DNA of 63,821 nt, filler included, from Octopus bimaculoides (taxonomy: Eukaryota), in the NCBI RefSeq assembly GCF_001194135.2. It is 7 parts of 6 records of this genome, joined end to end, with 100 filler letters (N's around TTAATTAATTAA, not from the genome) between each part and the next. Parts side by side here need not be neighbours in the genome. Positions count along the whole stretch, not along the records: positions 56,262 to 62,403 come from NC_068993.1; positions 62,504 to 63,821 come from NW_026320376.1; 5 more parts are not named here. One strand, written 5' to 3'. A program made the translations under genes and the position numbers. Under the pieces are notes generated by a model, which was given only the letters and a program-made list of their open reading frames with translations, was not told the DNA's origin and searched no databases. The number at the start of each line of letters is the position of its first letter. The first letter of the stretch is position 1. Below, in pieces: positions 61,945-63,821 of the stretch.

Positions 61945-62365
61945 ATCGTGTGGCTGTGTTGTAAGTAGCTTGCCTACCAACCCCATGGTTCTGAGTTCAG
62001 TCCCACTGCGTGGTACTTTGGGTAAGAGTTTTCTACTATAGCCTCGGGCCAACCAAAGCCTTGTGAGTGGATTTGGTAGACGGAAACTAAAAGAAGCCCG
62101 TCGTATATATATGTATATATATGTATGTGTGTGTATATGTTTGTGTGTCTGTGTTTGTCCTCCAACATCGCTTGACAACCGATGCTGGTGTTTTTACGTC
62201 CCCATAACTTTGCGGTTCGGCAAAAGATGCCGATAGAATAAGTACTAGGCTTAAAAAGAATAAGTCCTGGGGTCGATTTGCATGACTAAAGTCGGTGCTC
62301 CAGCATGGCCGCAGTCAAATGACTGAAACAAGTAAAGAATAAAAGAATAAAGGAATAAAAGAATA
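61945..62365 (+). mobile_element. SINE family A, full length
   Basis: Head, CORE-like segment, internal microsatellite, tail ending gactgaaacaagtaaagaataaaagaata. Confidence 0.9.
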
Positions 62366-62503
62366 TTCGTCCAAAATTTCACATTGTATTTATATGATTT
62401 AGTNNNNNNNNNNNNNNNNNNNNNNNNNNNNNNNNNNNNNNNNNNNNTTAATTAATTAANNNNNNNNNNNNNNNNNNNNNNNNNNNNNNNNNNNNNNNNN
62501 NNN

Positions 62504-62835
62504 ATAAGTGAAAATGAGAAAAACGAAATTGAGAAGATATGTGACAAGGAGGAGTTTGCCTTCGTGGATCCGGGCCTGCTAGCACAGGCTTTTCTGCAGG
62601 CAGCAGGAAGCTTACTTGGGAGCCCGGATGTGGAGGATTGAAGTAACCAGGAACAGTGAAAGTTGTAAATTGTGATTATGTCATTTGTAATGAACAATGT
62701 TTTCGAGGGGTTATTGGTTGGCAGGCGCGGTGCCGCTCCCATTTTTATTTCATCCCTTTTGTTATCACCCTCATCTCAGTAATGTCTGTGTCCCGCCCGC
62801 AGCTACTTTATGTTTGTCCCCTCTTTGTAAGGCCG
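62504..62835 (+). mobile_element. Possible L1/Tx1-like ORF1-ORF2 junction fragment
   Basis: SENEKNEIEKICDKEEFAFVDPGLLAQAFLQAAGSLLGSPDVED* (stop 62639-62641), then ATG 62782 MSVSRPQLLYVCPLFVR, loosely resembling the APE start (..slNVRG). Could instead be a host terminal exon. Confidence 0.35.
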
Positions 62836-62844
62836 TAATGGCCA

Positions 62845-63190
62845 ATTCATATGAAATAAAGTTGCTTGCTTACCAACCACATGGTTTCAGGTTCAGTCCC
62901 ACTGTGTAGCACGTTGGGTAAGTGTCTTCTTCTATAGCCTTGGGCTGACCAAAGCCTTGTGAGTGGAAGAACCCCGTCGTATATATGTGTGTGTGTGTGT
63001 ATGTTTGTGTGTGTGTATGTTTGTGTGTCTGTGTTTGTCACCCCTCCATCGCTTAACAAGTGTTGTTGTGTTCGTGTCCCAATAACCTAGTGGTTCAGCA
63101 AAAGAGAAAATAGAATAAGTACTAGGCTTACAAAAGTTAAGTCCTGGGGTTGATTTGGCTGCAGTCAAATGACTGAAACAAATAGAAGAA
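62845..63190 (+). mobile_element. SINE family A, near full length
   Basis: Head, microsatellite and tail with small deletions. Further pieces at 63432-63562 and 63765-63821. Confidence 0.85.
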
Positions 63191-63199
63191 TAGAATATA

Positions 63200-63300
63200 T
63201 AAAGACTTTCTCACTTCCCGAGCGTTAAACTAATACATCTGTTTGTTGTTTACACGCCCGTCTTTGTCTTTTGTTTTGATTGTTTTTTTTTGAAAATTCC
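63200..63300 (+). mobile_element. Penelope-like terminal repeat family 1, 5'-truncated copy
   Basis: Begins (t)aaagactttctcacttcccgagcgtt and ends gaaaattcc-(TA)n. Confidence 0.7.
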
Positions 63301-63327
63301 TATATATANNNNNNNNNNNNNNNNNNN

Positions 63328-63371
<44 letters not shown>

Positions 63372-63573
63372 TACATACATACATACATACATATATACAT
63401 AATACATATATATATAATATATATATATATCATGGAGTGTGGCTGTGTGGTAACTAACTTGCTTACCAGCCACATGGTTTCAGGTTCAGTCTATTATCAC
63501 CTCGGACCGACCAAAGCCTTGTGAGTGGATTTAGTAGACAGAAACTGAAAGAAGCCTGTCATATATATATATA

Positions 63574-63740
63574 ATTCGCCATGATGGATCGCTAGCCACT
63601 GTACACTCTTTTTTTCTCTCTTTGTTTCTTTCTGTGGAAGAGCGTAGGCTCGAAACGTTAAAGACTTTTTCACTTCCCGAGTGTTATACTAATACATCTG
63701 CTTGTTGTCTACACCCGCTGTCTTTGTCTTTTGTTTTTTA
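63574..63740 (+). mobile_element. Penelope-like terminal repeat family 1 with the best-preserved hammerhead variant
   Basis: attcgccatgatggatcgct...tctttctgtggaagagcgtaggctcgaaacgttaaagac. Confidence 0.7.
63627..63664 (+). ncRNA. Non-canonical hammerhead-like motif
   Basis: TCTTT-CTG-TGGAA-GAGC-GTAG-GCTC-GAAA-CGT-T-AAAGA: 5-bp helix I, 4-bp helix II, ACGT palindrome, GUU at 63659. Confidence 0.55.
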
Positions 63741-63821
63741 TTTTTGTGTCCCCCACCATCGTTTTGTCCCCCCATCATCGCTTGACAACCGATGTTGGTG
63801 TGTTTACATCCCCGTAACTTA

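Overview
AT-rich, repeat-saturated metazoan DNA. The SINE repertoire and the TA/TG/TAA/GATA microsatellites resemble an octopus-type cephalopod genome (recalled from memory, not searched). There is no complete, recognisable protein-coding gene, and nearly all ORF-track entries are microsatellite, N-gap or transposon artefacts. Six 100-bp spacers (N44-TTAATTAATTAA-N44) are artificial joins, so the window is seven segments whose adjacency is unverified. Mobile element content: decayed DNA transposons (Tigger/pogo, maT/Tc1, mariner, a near full-length hAT transposase, several MITEs, a Helentron-type HINE); many R4/Dong-like RLE retrotransposon fragments, several flanked by (TAA)n; RTE, Penelope and possible L1/Tx1 fragments; a Gypsy-type LTR with a tRNA-Trp primer-binding site; and several tRNA-derived SINE families. 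A few isolated candidate host exons are listed at low confidence. The most interesting signal is a set of minimal type I hammerhead-ribozyme-like motifs from several unrelated repeats. These include a ~300-bp tandem repeat with one hammerhead per unit (retrozyme-like, 49045-49690) and a non-canonical CUG-U-N-GA-A core variant in a Penelope-like terminal repeat, one copy of which starts at the predicted cleavage site. All folds were worked out by hand and none is tested.
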